From NCBI GenBank assembly GCA_963663895.2, contig CAXXRD010000001.1:800001-864000 (forward strand): a stretch of 64,000 nucleotides of DNA, given 5' to 3'. Source of the stretch: Dehalococcoidia bacterium (lineage in GTDB: Bacteria; Chloroflexota; Dehalococcoidia; Bin125). The notes beneath the pieces were generated by a model. The model was not told the origin of the DNA. It saw only the letters and a list, made by a program, of their open reading frames with translations, and searched no databases. Every line of letters starts with the position of its first letter. The first letter of the stretch is position 1. Below, piece by piece: positions 35,462 to 45,056 of the stretch. The position numbers and the translations under genes were made by a program.

Positions 35462-37024
35462 CTAGTGGGAATCGGCGCCCCCGTGGGCTTGGCGGATCTC
35501 GTTCTTGAGAAGCTTACCCATGTGATTGCGGGGGAGATCGGATACGAGCGCAAGGTAGGCGGGGGCTTTGTAGCTCGCGAGCCGACTCTTGGTGTACGCC
35601 ACCACCTCGTCGAGCTTGGGCGTGCTACCAGCGGCCGGAACGACGACCGCCTTCACGACTTCGCCCCACTCGTTGTCAGGGACGCCGATCACGGCGACGG
35701 CGGCGATGGCAGGGTGATCTTCAAGGACCTGTTCGATCTCGCCGGGGGCGATGTTCTCGCCGCCGCGGATGATGAGGTCCTTGGTGCGGCCCGTGATGAA
35801 GAGGTAGCCGTCTTCGTCGAGATAGCCGACATCGCCCGTGTGGAGCCAGCCGTCGTGAATGGCTTCGTTCGTGGCATCCTCTTGCTTGTAGTAGCCCTTC
35901 ATGATGCGGGCAGACTGGACGCAGATCTCCCCCTCTTCGCCGGAGGCGAGGATCTGGCCTTGCGGGTCCTGGATGGTGATGTCGACATCGTCCATGGAAC
36001 GGCCGACCGAGCGCAGCCGCCGTATCTTCTTCGCGTTTTCTTCGTCGGAGCCGTCGAGACGGTGGTCGTCAGGACCGAGGAACGTGACGGTGGAAGTGGA
36101 CTCCGTCTGGCCGTAGGCGTTCATGAGGTCGGCGCTGAAGACATCGATCGCTTTGCGCACGACTTCGAAGGGCATGGGCGCGGCGCCGTAGGTGATGAGG
36201 CGCAGGCTGTCGCCCTTGAAGCTCGCGAACTCCGGCGCCTCCATGATGCGCTTCAGCATCGTGGGGACGACCATGCTGTGGGTCACGCCGTGCTTGTCGA
36301 CGGCTTCGATCCAGCCGGCGGGGCTGAACTGGGGGAGCAGGACGAGGGCGCGGCCTCCCCAGATCGACGAGATCATGGCGGTGGCGCCGGCGATGTGGAA
36401 GAGCGGCACACTGAGCAATGTGCGGTCTTGGCCGGCGCTGGGGTCGGCGGGAGCCATGGTATTGGTGACGTAGACGGTGAAGTCTCCGTAGGAGACGACG
36501 ACCCCCTTGGGTATCGCCGTGGTCCCGGACGTGTACATGAGAATGGTCGGCGCGTCGTCGTCGACTTCGGTGTAGACGAATTCGTCGCTGCCGCTCGCGA
36601 CAAGCTCGGGGTAGTGGATCATGCCGTCGCGCTTGGTTTCGAACGTGACGGCGTGCTGCAGGGCGGTCAGCCCGGGCCGGAGTTGATCGAGCAGATCCAG
36701 GTAGCGGTCCGAGACGAAGAGCGCCTTCACTTCGGAGGTGTTGAGCATGTAGGTCAGCTCTTCGGTCTTGGCGCGGTAGTTGAGCGGGACGAAGATCAGG
36801 CCGAGCTTGGCGCAGGCGTAGTAGACGATCACGTACTCCGAGGAATTGACGGACATGCTGCCGACGTGGTCGCCCGCGCGCAGGCCCAGCGCTTGCAGTG
36901 CGTTGGCAAGCTTGGTGACGTGCGCCGCCATCTCCGCGTAGGTGTACTGGCGCTCGCCACAGATCAGAGCAGGGCGGTCCGGCACCACGCCCGACGAGAT
37001 GTCCAGGAATTCCGCCGTGTTCAT
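35462..37024 (-). CDS. Acyl-CoA synthetase (long-chain fatty acid-CoA ligase family)
   Basis: YTSGTTAIPKG, YGQTE, WLHTGDVG, IIRGGENI, GKLLK. Confidence 0.93.
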   Translation of the reverse strand: MNTAEFLDISSGVVPDRPALICGERQYTYAEMAAHVTKLANALQALGLRAGDHVGSMSVNSSEYVIVYYACAKLGLIFVPLNYRAKTEELTYMLNTSEVKALFVSDRYLDLLDQLRPGLTALQHAVTFETKRDGMIHYPELVASGSDEFVYTEVDDDAPTILMYTSGTTAIPKGVVVSYGDFTVYVTNTMAPADPSAGQDRTLLSVPLFHIAGATAMISSIWGGRALVLLPQFSPAGWIEAVDKHGVTHSMVVPTMLKRIMEAPEFASFKGDSLRLITYGAAPMPFEVVRKAIDVFSADLMNAYGQTESTSTVTFLGPDDHRLDGSDEENAKKIRRLRSVGRSMDDVDITIQDPQGQILASGEEGEICVQSARIMKGYYKQEDATNEAIHDGWLHTGDVGYLDEDGYLFITGRTKDLIIRGGENIAPGEIEQVLEDHPAIAAVAVIGVPDNEWGEVVKAVVVPAAGSTPKLDEVVAYTKSRLASYKAPAYLALVSDLPRNHMGKLLKNEIRQAHGGADSH

Positions 37025-37204
37025 CGCCCCTCCTCAGTTAACGAACCCGTCACGCCCGGATCGGCGTCCTGTTCGGCACTCTGCCGCGCGACGACGCCTG
37101 CACACCGCCAGGAACCGGCTTGCTCGCCGAGGGCTTGCCCAATGGCGCGGGCGCCCCCGCATGATCTCCAACGGCTGTTGCTCATGTCCAGCCCCATGCG
37201 ACGG

Positions 37205-37918
37205 CTAGCCGCGGAATGATATCGCGGTAAGCGCGTCGCGGCGGAGAGCGGCGTCCATGGGAAGCTCAAGCCCGCGACGGATCGCGCGCTTGAGCGCGCG
37301 CGACAGGGCGGGGCGGTCCCGCTGGAGTGAGCGGGCCAGTTGGGTGACCGCCGAATCGAGCCGGGCAGGCGGGACGACGCGGTTGACGAGGCCCCAGCGC
37401 AGCGCTTGGTCCGCGGTCAGCTCTTCGCCGCTGCAGACCACCCCCAGCGCCACCCCCGGCGCCATCATGCGGGGAAGCATTTGCGTGCCGCCGGCGGAAG
37501 GGATGTAGCCCAGCCCAACCTCCGGCAGTGCGATGCGGGCGTCGTCTGCGGCGACACGGAGATCACAGTAGAGGGCAAGCTCGATACCGGCGCCGTAGCA
37601 ATAGCCGTGCAGCGCCGCGATCGTCAGACAGGGGATCTCTTCCAACAGCCACCACAGGTCGCGCTGGCGCCGGGCCTCGCGGGCCGCCCAGAGCGAAGGG
37701 GCCGTGCCGAAGTCCCCGATGTCGGCGCCGGCGGAGAAGCTGTCGCCAGCGCCGCCGATACAGAGGACCTGTAAGTCGGGATCATCGCGGGCGGCTCGGA
37801 GATAGGTCCAGAGCACGTCGCGGGTGGCCAGATCGATGGCGTTGTGCTTGTGGGGGCGGTTGAGTGCGAGATAAGCGGTGGCACCGCTCTTCGTGTAGCG
37901 GACGGCTTCCTCGGCCAC
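37205..37918 (-). CDS. Enoyl-CoA hydratase/crotonase (both catalytic Glu, short C-terminus)
   Basis: LNRPHKHNA, FSAGAD, GAGIELALYCD, LPEVGLG. Confidence 0.9.
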   Translation of the reverse strand: MAEEAVRYTKSGATAYLALNRPHKHNAIDLATRDVLWTYLRAARDDPDLQVLCIGGAGDSFSAGADIGDFGTAPSLWAAREARRQRDLWWLLEEIPCLTIAALHGYCYGAGIELALYCDLRVAADDARIALPEVGLGYIPSAGGTQMLPRMMAPGVALGVVCSGEELTADQALRWGLVNRVVPPARLDSAVTQLARSLQRDRPALSRALKRAIRRGLELPMDAALRRDALTAISFRG

Positions 37919-37927
37919 GCGGAAGGC

Positions 37928-38170
37928 TCAGCGCCAGTCGGGGCGGTGGGTAGGACGGCGCCGACGGATCTCGTAGAGCCGCGCCAGATCTTGATTCATC
38001 TTCTCCTGCAGGGACTGCATCTCCTCGCCGCCGACGCGCATCTCGTTGGTCTTCCAACGCCGGACCTTGGCCCGGTCGCCTTTGGCGATCTCGACATCCG
38101 CGAGCACCGCGTTGAAGACGTGCGACATCAGCGCCCAGCACTCTTCGGTATCAAGCGCGATTTTGACCAT
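37928..38170 (-). CDS. Hypothetical 80-aa protein, paralog of the adjacent ORF
   Basis: GAGGGGGG RBS, compact operon spacing, visible alignment with 38192..38437. Confidence 0.8.
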   Translation of the reverse strand: MVKIALDTEECWALMSHVFNAVLADVEIAKGDRAKVRRWKTNEMRVGGEEMQSLQEKMNQDLARLYEIRRRRPTHRPDWR

Positions 38171-38191
38171 ACTTCCCCCCTCTCCGGACCA

Positions 38192-38437
38192 CTACGCCTT
38201 GCGAAAGTAGTCTTTGCGACGGATGACGCGCGTCAGCTCCTCGTCGATCCGGTTACCGAGCGCCTCGTTCATGCCGTAGGCGAGCTGCAGCATAAGCTCG
38301 GAGCCCTCGTTGTGCTCGTGCCGCCACTCGCGCAGGGCGTCCGCAGTTTTCTCGTCGATCTCCACTTGGTCGATCACTTGCGCCACGATCAACGACATCA
38401 GCGACCAGGCTTCCTCTTCGTCTAACAGAATGCGCAT
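38192..38437 (-). CDS. Hypothetical 81-aa protein, paralog of the adjacent ORF
   Basis: GGAG RBS, compact operon spacing, visible alignment with 37928..38170. Confidence 0.8.
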   Translation of the reverse strand: MRILLDEEEAWSLMSLIVAQVIDQVEIDEKTADALREWRHEHNEGSELMLQLAYGMNEALGNRIDEELTRVIRRKDYFRKA

Positions 38438-38463
38438 GCCGGCTCCGCTTCCCCGGGCTGGTA

Positions 38464-39189
38464 TCAGCTCCCCCGAAAGCGGGGAGAGCGCTTCTCGATG
38501 AACGCGCGCACTCCCTCGGCTCGGTCGTCGGTAGCCTGCAGAAGCACGGTGAGATCAGTTTCATAGCGTAGCGCTTGATCGAGGGGGAGCTCGACCCCGC
38601 GACGCACCGCCTCTTTGGCGAGGCGCGTCGCGACCGGTCCCCGGGCGGCGATCACGCCTGCGCGTCGCTCGGCCTCGGCCAGCGGATCAGGGACGACAGC
38701 GCTCACCAGACCCCAGGTGAGCGCCGCAGCAGCAGCGACGGCGTGATCGGCGAGGCTGAGCTCGAGTGCGCGGCTGCGACCGATCGTCCGGCTAAGGCGC
38801 TGGAGGCCGCCGGCGATGGGGAAGGAGGGAGCGTGGGGATCGAGGATGGCGAAACGGGCATTGGCGCCGGCGATCCGAATGTCGGCGCAGAGAGCCAGCT
38901 CCAAGCCCCCGCCGACGATATCGCCTTCCAAGGCGGCGATGACCGGTTGGGGCAGGGCAGCGAGCGATCCAAAGGGATCGCCGATCAACGCCTCGGGGGG
39001 AGCGGGCCCCCAGCCCGCCCAGGCGCTGCCATCGGCGGTCAGAAGGAGGACGCGCGGCCCTTCCTCCGTGCCGGCCTGCACGAGCGTCTCGCAGGCCGCG
39101 GCAAGGTCGGCGACGAGATCAGCATCGAGCGGCCCGCCGAGCGACAGGCGGGCGATGGGACCGTCATGGGAGATCGAACAGCGCAGCAT
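38464..39189 (-). CDS. Crotonase-family protein with degenerate N-terminal motifs
   Basis: GGGLELALCADIR, C-terminal AEGVRAFIEKRSPRF; lacks NRP/FxAGxD motifs and the second Glu. Confidence 0.85.
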   Translation of the reverse strand: MLRCSISHDGPIARLSLGGPLDADLVADLAAACETLVQAGTEEGPRVLLLTADGSAWAGWGPAPPEALIGDPFGSLAALPQPVIAALEGDIVGGGLELALCADIRIAGANARFAILDPHAPSFPIAGGLQRLSRTIGRSRALELSLADHAVAAAAALTWGLVSAVVPDPLAEAERRAGVIAARGPVATRLAKEAVRRGVELPLDQALRYETDLTVLLQATDDRAEGVRAFIEKRSPRFRGS

Positions 39190-39275
39190 CGCGAAGGGAT
39201 TCTAGCGCCGTGCCGCGGCAGGGCCTTGACCCACGCACTACCATGCCGACGATTCAGCAGAGACGGAGTGCCGCC

Positions 39276-40085
39276 ATGCCCGATTTCGACCGCTATCAGT
39301 TCCTGCAAATCAGTCGCGACGGGCCCGTGCTCGTGATCACGCTGAACCGGCCGGAGCGCCTCAACGCGATTCACGGCCCGATGCACACGGAGCTGGCGAC
39401 GATCTTCCGCGACGCGAACGAGGACGAAGACTCGCGGGCAGTGCTCCTGACGGGAGCGGGGCGGGGTTTCTGCGCCGGCGGCGATGTGCGCGGGATGCAA
39501 GAGCGGGAGAGCAGCGACAGCGTGTTGAACGTGGCATTCCGCACGGTGCGCACGGAGGCGCAAGAGATCGTGCACAGCATGCTGGACCTGCAGAAGCCGC
39601 TGGTCGGCGCGATCAACGGACCGGCAGTGGGTCTGGGATCGACGATCGCGTTGCTGTGCGATGTGGTGATCGCATCGGAGCGCGCCCGGATCGGCGATAC
39701 GCACGTAGCGGTGGGGCTCGTCGCCGGCGACGGGGGCTGCCTTATCTGGCCGGCGATTGTGGGGATCAACAAGGCCAAGGAGCTCTTGATGACCGGCGAA
39801 TTGATCACGGGCGACGATCTGCTGCGGCTGGGCATCGTCAACCACTTGGTGCCCGAAGACGACTTGCCACGCGCGGCGATGGAGATGGCCCAGCGGCTGG
39901 CGGGGATGGCGCCCTTCGCGGCGCGCGCGACCAAGGTGACGATCAATAAGCTACTCAAGGAACGGGCCGAAACCGTGCTGGACGTTGGCTTGGCCTGGGA
40001 GGCGATCTCCGCGCGGAGCGCGGATCACCGGGAGGCCATCGCCGCGTTCATGGAGAAGCGGCCGCCGACGTTCCACGGCCGTTAG
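39276..40085 (+). CDS. Crotonase-family protein (His/Asp type)
   Basis: LNRPERLNA, FCAGGD, GDTHVAVGLVAGDGG, AFMEKRPPTF. Confidence 0.9.
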   Translation: MPDFDRYQFLQISRDGPVLVITLNRPERLNAIHGPMHTELATIFRDANEDEDSRAVLLTGAGRGFCAGGDVRGMQERESSDSVLNVAFRTVRTEAQEIVHSMLDLQKPLVGAINGPAVGLGSTIALLCDVVIASERARIGDTHVAVGLVAGDGGCLIWPAIVGINKAKELLMTGELITGDDLLRLGIVNHLVPEDDLPRAAMEMAQRLAGMAPFAARATKVTINKLLKERAETVLDVGLAWEAISARSADHREAIAAFMEKRPPTFHGR

Positions 40086-42537
40086 GAACGAGCTCGAGCC
40101 GCTGGCGCGCGGCGGCCTCCACCGCCGCGCGCTGCATGTGCAGTGGACGGTAGCGGCCCTGCCGCCAATCGTGGAGTAGGTCCACGGGTTGCGCCCCGCC
40201 GCGCTGTCCAGACTGGGCGCCGGCGAGCGCGAATTCCGCGCGCGGCTGCGGCCCCATCTCCACGATGAGTCGGAGAATGGGCACTCCGACCACGGGAGCG
40301 AAGGCGTCGGTCGAGAGTGGCGCGGCCTGCCAGACGGTGTTGGCGTCGCCGCAGAGCGGGTAGGGACCCTGGTTGAAGAGGCGCCCCAGGACCGGTGACT
40401 CGCCGAAGACGTGACGGACGTGGAGCTGATGGCAGCGGCCCCAGGTCCAGCGCTCGGGGCGAGAGCCGAGGCGATCGCGCAGGATCGCGAGAGCGTCGCG
40501 GAAGGCGCGCGTGAGGGCGGTGTTCCAGACCGTGCGCCCGTCGACACCGGACGCAACAGGGCCAAACCACTCAGCGGGGGATTCGTCCAGGAGTCCCATG
40601 AGCATGGAAGCTGCTCGGGCGAGGATGGGATTGATGGTGGGAACGGGAAGCAGGTCGGCGAAGAAGACGGGAGTGGCGGCGCCGAGCTTTGCTCGCAGAA
40701 CCGTGTCCAGCAAGCGCCCGAACGTGGCCGCCGCGACCGCGGCCGGAACGGAGTCCGGCGCCATATCGCCGTTCCAGTCGCGCAGGGCACCGAGGAGGCG
40801 GCGCTCCGTCGCACTCCGCGGAGTGATGGAGAGCAGATGATCGCGCAGAGCCAGCATCGGCAGCGAGCGGCAGTCGATCTGCAGCTCGCGGGCAGCTTCA
40901 AAACTGTCCATCCCTTCGCTGCAAAGCGCTTGACCGATGCGCCGCGCGCGGAAGGCGTCGAGGGCTTCGACTCGGAAGCCGAGCTGCGCGGCAGGAGCGA
41001 GCGCGTTATTGGCGCTCCAGACGCGGCCCGCGGCGGGATTGAAGGTGGAGGGCAGCTCGTCGCGAGGGATGTAGCCGTCCCAGTCGAAGGCCGGATCCCA
41101 GCCGGGCGCGGGCAGCCAGCCGGCTGCGGGAGTACGGCGCTTGGGGATGGCACCGCAGGTCTGCATGCCGATCTGCCCTTCGCCGTCGCTGTAAGCGAAG
41201 CAGAGGTTGAATTCGTGGAACTCCGCGAGCGCGGCGCGGAAGCTCGCGAAGTCGTGCGTCGCGTTGAGGGCCAGCAGCGCCTTGGCCGACTGCCAAGGCT
41301 CGTTCAGCGTCGAGCGCAGCGCGAGGGCCAAGCGCACGCCGTGGACCTGCGAGGAGACGACGGGGCCGTGACGGGTCATGGGAACGCGGTGGTGCTCGTC
41401 CGGGAAGCCCCGGACGCGGATCCGTTCGTGGACGTAGTCCGGCTGCTCCCAGCCGTCGGGCGTGCGGTAGCGACCCCGGTCGTCGAATTCCTCGACGTAG
41501 AGATCCTGCGTGACGGCGAGACCGGCCGTGGGACCCCAAGCGACATGGCGATTGAAGCCCCAGATCACCCCGGGCAGGCCGGGAAACGTGGCCCCCGCGA
41601 CCGACCACTCGGGACAGTCGAGATGCAGGAAGTAGCCCGAAGGCGGGACGTTCGCAGAGAGGTGCGGGTCGGCGGCGAGGAAGGCGTGGCCGGAGTCGGT
41701 CTTGTGTCCGGCCACGGCCCAGTTGTTGCTACCGAAGCCGGCGGTGGTGAGCCCGGTGAGCTTGACGATCTCGGCATAGCCGCTCCGCAAGTCTTGGCTC
41801 AGCGCGCCGTACGGCGCGCCGGGAGGCACAACCACGGGATCATCCGGAGAGGGCGACGGGTCGATGGCGAGGAGCACGTCCAGGCCCGCCGCTTCGACGA
41901 GGCGGGCGCGCTCGATCTGCTCCAGCCAGCCGGGAGCGAGGAAGAAGGCAAGCGCCTTGGCGCCCTGAACGGAGTGCTCGGGACGCCAGTCTTCAGGCTG
42001 GTAGTTGAGGATGCGGACCTCGAGCGGGGGTGGGGTGCAGGTGATGGCGGCTTGGATACCGGCAAGGTAGGGAGCGACCTCGTCGCGGACATCGTCCGGA
42101 GTCCGGGCCCAAGCGTCGACCGAGGCGCGGTGCAGGCCGATGTAGCGCATAAGCCGGTCCATCGGCAGGCCGGATGGACCGACGACCTCCGCCAGCCGGC
42201 CGGCGGCCATCCGCCGGAAGATCTCCATCTGCCAGAAGCGATCCTGCACGTGGACGAAGCCCATGGCGAAGAGCGCGTCGGCGGCGCTCTGGGCGTAGCA
42301 ATGCGGCACGCCGAACTCGTCGCGGAGGATCTCGATGGGTGCGTCCGGCCCGTCGACAACGATGCGCCCTTGGCGTTGCGGCCGCGGGGCGCCGGACAGC
42401 GTTTCCACGGCGATGGCCCGAAGGAACGCGGTCGCCTGGTTGGTGAAGAACTTGGCGCTCCGCCCCCAGTGACGCAGTTGGGCAGGCGGGGTTGCGCGCG
42501 CTACGGCGGGGGGATGGAGATCGCTTGGGATAGGCAC
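40048..42537 (-). CDS. Penicillin/AHL acylase family Ntn-hydrolase
   Basis: RDEFGVPH, GFVHVQDRFWQME, nucleophile GSNNWAV, DPHL, TRHGPV, SANN. Confidence 0.92.
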   Translation of the reverse strand: MPIPSDLHPPAVARATPPAQLRHWGRSAKFFTNQATAFLRAIAVETLSGAPRPQRQGRIVVDGPDAPIEILRDEFGVPHCYAQSAADALFAMGFVHVQDRFWQMEIFRRMAAGRLAEVVGPSGLPMDRLMRYIGLHRASVDAWARTPDDVRDEVAPYLAGIQAAITCTPPPLEVRILNYQPEDWRPEHSVQGAKALAFFLAPGWLEQIERARLVEAAGLDVLLAIDPSPSPDDPVVVPPGAPYGALSQDLRSGYAEIVKLTGLTTAGFGSNNWAVAGHKTDSGHAFLAADPHLSANVPPSGYFLHLDCPEWSVAGATFPGLPGVIWGFNRHVAWGPTAGLAVTQDLYVEEFDDRGRYRTPDGWEQPDYVHERIRVRGFPDEHHRVPMTRHGPVVSSQVHGVRLALALRSTLNEPWQSAKALLALNATHDFASFRAALAEFHEFNLCFAYSDGEGQIGMQTCGAIPKRRTPAAGWLPAPGWDPAFDWDGYIPRDELPSTFNPAAGRVWSANNALAPAAQLGFRVEALDAFRARRIGQALCSEGMDSFEAARELQIDCRSLPMLALRDHLLSITPRSATERRLLGALRDWNGDMAPDSVPAAVAAATFGRLLDTVLRAKLGAATPVFFADLLPVPTINPILARAASMLMGLLDESPAEWFGPVASGVDGRTVWNTALTRAFRDALAILRDRLGSRPERWTWGRCHQLHVRHVFGESPVLGRLFNQGPYPLCGDANTVWQAAPLSTDAFAPVVGVPILRLIVEMGPQPRAEFALAGAQSGQRGGAQPVDLLHDWRQGRYRPLHMQRAAVEAAARQRLELVPNGRGTSAAASP

Positions 42538-42611
42538 CGCGCAGGGAGCGTACAGGAACGCGCCCTGTGCGAAAGCGGGAATGCAGCGGAGGCGCTGCTA
42601 TCCTGCGCGCG

Positions 42612-43373
42612 ATGGATCTCGGACTGCAGGGTAAAGTCGCGCTGGTGACGGCCGCGTCCGAAGGGATCGGCAAGCACTGCGCGCTGGCGTTGGCGGAGGA
42701 AGGGGCGCACGTCGCGATCTGCGCGCGGCGAGCCGCGTTGCTCAAGGCCGCGCGGGCGGAGATCGACGCGGCCGGCGCCGGGACGACGATCGCCGAGGTA
42801 GCCGATCTGACCGAGGCCGCGGCGGCGGAGCAGGTGGTGGAACGAACCGTGGAAGCGCTCGGCGGGCTCGACATCCTGGTGAACAACATGGGCGGTTCGG
42901 TGAGCGGCGACGAGGACGCGGTCTGGAGCGAGATGTTCGAGTTGAACTTGCTGTCCACGGTCCGGGCAACGCGGGCGGCGATTCCGCACATGACGGCGCG
43001 GGGAGGCGGATCGATCATCCACATCGGCTCGGTGTTCGGGCGGGAGGCGGGCGGGCGGCCGCCCTACAACACGATGAAGGCGGCGGTGCACGCCCATGCG
43101 ACGGCGATGGCGTTGGCGCACGCGCGCGACAACATCCGCGTGAACGCAGTCGCGCCGGGGTCGATCGCATGGCCGGGGAGCAAGTGGCAGCGACGTTACG
43201 AGGACGACCCCGCGACGATCCAGCGGGAAGTGCTGGATACGATCGCGTTCGGGCGCTTCGGCCGGCCGGAGCAAGTGGCAGCGGTGGTGACGTTCCTGGC
43301 ATCGGAGAAGGCGGGCTGGGTGACGGGCGCCTGCCTGAACGTCGATGGCGGGCAGAGCCGGTCGATTATTTAG
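42612..43373 (+). CDS. SDR family oxidoreductase
   Basis: VTAASEGIG, LVNNMG, YNTMK, VNAVAPG, VDGG. Confidence 0.92.
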   Translation: MDLGLQGKVALVTAASEGIGKHCALALAEEGAHVAICARRAALLKAARAEIDAAGAGTTIAEVADLTEAAAAEQVVERTVEALGGLDILVNNMGGSVSGDEDAVWSEMFELNLLSTVRATRAAIPHMTARGGGSIIHIGSVFGREAGGRPPYNTMKAAVHAHATAMALAHARDNIRVNAVAPGSIAWPGSKWQRRYEDDPATIQREVLDTIAFGRFGRPEQVAAVVTFLASEKAGWVTGACLNVDGGQSRSII

Positions 43374-43407
43374 GCTATTTCGGCGGCCGGTCACCGGAGG
43401 AGCAAGC

Positions 43408-43863
43408 ATGATGGGCGGGTTGGCCGAGCTGCGGGAGACAAGCCGGGAGCGGGCACGGCGCTGGTGGCCGGCGGCGCGGCCACTGGTGGGAGGAGCAGTG
43501 GGGACGGCGATCATCGTGGGGTTCTTGGCGGGGCGGGGCGGGGATCCGAGCGGACCGTTCGACGCGATCACGGGGACCCAGCGCGGGGGCTGGAACCGGC
43601 ACGAGGATTTCCATCTGGCGCTGGTGGTAGGGGGCGCGGCCGCGGCCGCGGTGATGGTGACGTTGGTCGCGGAGTGGGTGCGACGCTGGTGGTGGGTGAC
43701 GGCGGCCGTCGTCGCGGGCGGGGTCTGCTTGCTGATCCGGGAGACGGCCGGCGTGGAGGGCACGGGGGGCAGCGTGCTCCTCGCGCTCGTCTTTTTCTGT
43801 CTGTGCCTGGCGGGCGCGGTGGCGGTGATCGACCTGCTCGGCGCCCGGCGGCGGGGACGCTAA
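43408..43863 (+). CDS. Hypothetical membrane protein (~4 TM)
   Basis: GGAGG RBS, hydrophobic segments; no family recognised. Confidence 0.6.
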   Translation: MMGGLAELRETSRERARRWWPAARPLVGGAVGTAIIVGFLAGRGGDPSGPFDAITGTQRGGWNRHEDFHLALVVGGAAAAAVMVTLVAEWVRRWWWVTAAVVAGGVCLLIRETAGVEGTGGSVLLALVFFCLCLAGAVAVIDLLGARRRGR

Positions 43864-43870
43864 TCGCAAG

Positions 43871-44188
43871 CTAGGGCGCCTCTTCCACCACGGCGGACAT
43901 CGATCCTTGGCAGTGCTCGACGCGGGGATCCGGCCCGTAGCCGTGGATACCCTGCTGATGCCGCTTCACCTGATCAAAGCCGGCCGTCTCGACGATGGCG
44001 CGGCCCTGCGTATCGACGAGGCGGGCAAGCGCGAAGGCTTTCTCGCGGCCGTGACCGAGCACGCGGCCCAGCATCTCCACGACGTAAGCGTAGGTGTGAT
44101 CGTTGTCGTTCAGGAGGACGAGATGGTAGATGGGGGCGGTGCGGACCGATTCGTCGGTGGCGGGGCGGGCCGTCGTTTCGCTTGCCAT
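43871..44188 (-). CDS. clpS: ATP-dependent Clp protease adaptor ClpS
   Basis: YHLVLLNDNDHTYAYVVEML, VDTQGRAIV. Confidence 0.88.
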   Translation of the reverse strand: MASETTARPATDESVRTAPIYHLVLLNDNDHTYAYVVEMLGRVLGHGREKAFALARLVDTQGRAIVETAGFDQVKRHQQGIHGYGPDPRVEHCQGSMSAVVEEAP

Positions 44189-44229
44189 GGGGCGATCGTA
44201 GTCGAAGCGGCCAATCGATCCAGCGCAAC

Positions 44230-45056
44230 CTAGATCCGGGCCGTCGCCGCGCCGTCCACAACGACGACCTGGCCGGTGAAGTAGCCGCTGTCGGCGGCGA
44301 GCATGACGACGGCTCCGGTGACTTCGTCGTTGGTCACGAGGGCGCGGGCGGGAGGATCTTGGTGAGGGTCTTGCGATGCTCCGGATCGTCGCCGATCCCC
44401 GCCTGGTCCTCGTACCAACCGACTTGGACCGTGTTGACGGTGACGCCCGTGCGGGCCCACTCGGTCGCGAGGGCGCGGGTGAGGGCGAGGACGCCGCTCT
44501 TGGCGGCGGCGTAGGCGGCCATGTTCATGACGCCGCGATCACCGGCGACGGAGGCAACGTTGATGATGCGGCCGTAGCCAGCGCGCAGCATGACCCGGCC
44601 GGCGGCCTGACAGGTCAGCGCCACCGAAGTGAGATTCGCCGCGAGGGTGGCGTTCCATTCCTCCAGGCTGGTTTCACCGAAGGGCATGGCGAAGAGCAGG
44701 TCCTGCGCATTGACCAGCAGATCGAGGCGGCGCCACTCGTCTTCCACCCGTTGAACGGCGGCCTCGACGGCAACAGGGTCCGTGAGGTCGACTTGCAAAG
44801 CAAGATTGCGCCGTCCCAGCGACCAGACTTGGTTGGCGGCGGAGTTCACTTGGAAGTGCTCGTCGGCAGAGCCGGTGAGGCCGGCCAAGGCGACATCGGC
44901 GCCGGCTTCGGCCAAGGCCAGGGCGATGGCGCCGCCGAGCGGGCGGGCAGCCCCCGTCACCAAGGCGACGCGGCCGCGGAGATCGAAGGGCCGCTCGGGC
45001 TGCGGAGGCGCGGGCACGCCGCCCGCAGCGGTGGGAGGGGAAAGTTGGTCGCTCAT
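44230..45056 (-). CDS. SDR family oxidoreductase (apparent frameshift near 44345)
   Basis: VTGAARPLG, INVAS, YAAAK; C-terminal YFTGQVVVVDG in another frame. Confidence 0.85.

Noticed and set aside
40411-42648. 745-aa plus-strand ORF and similar long antisense ORFs (13992..15698, 35243..37219, 34078..35508, 59991..61460)
   Set aside because: Shadow ORFs opposite well-supported genes, expected in high-GC DNA; no recognisable motifs.
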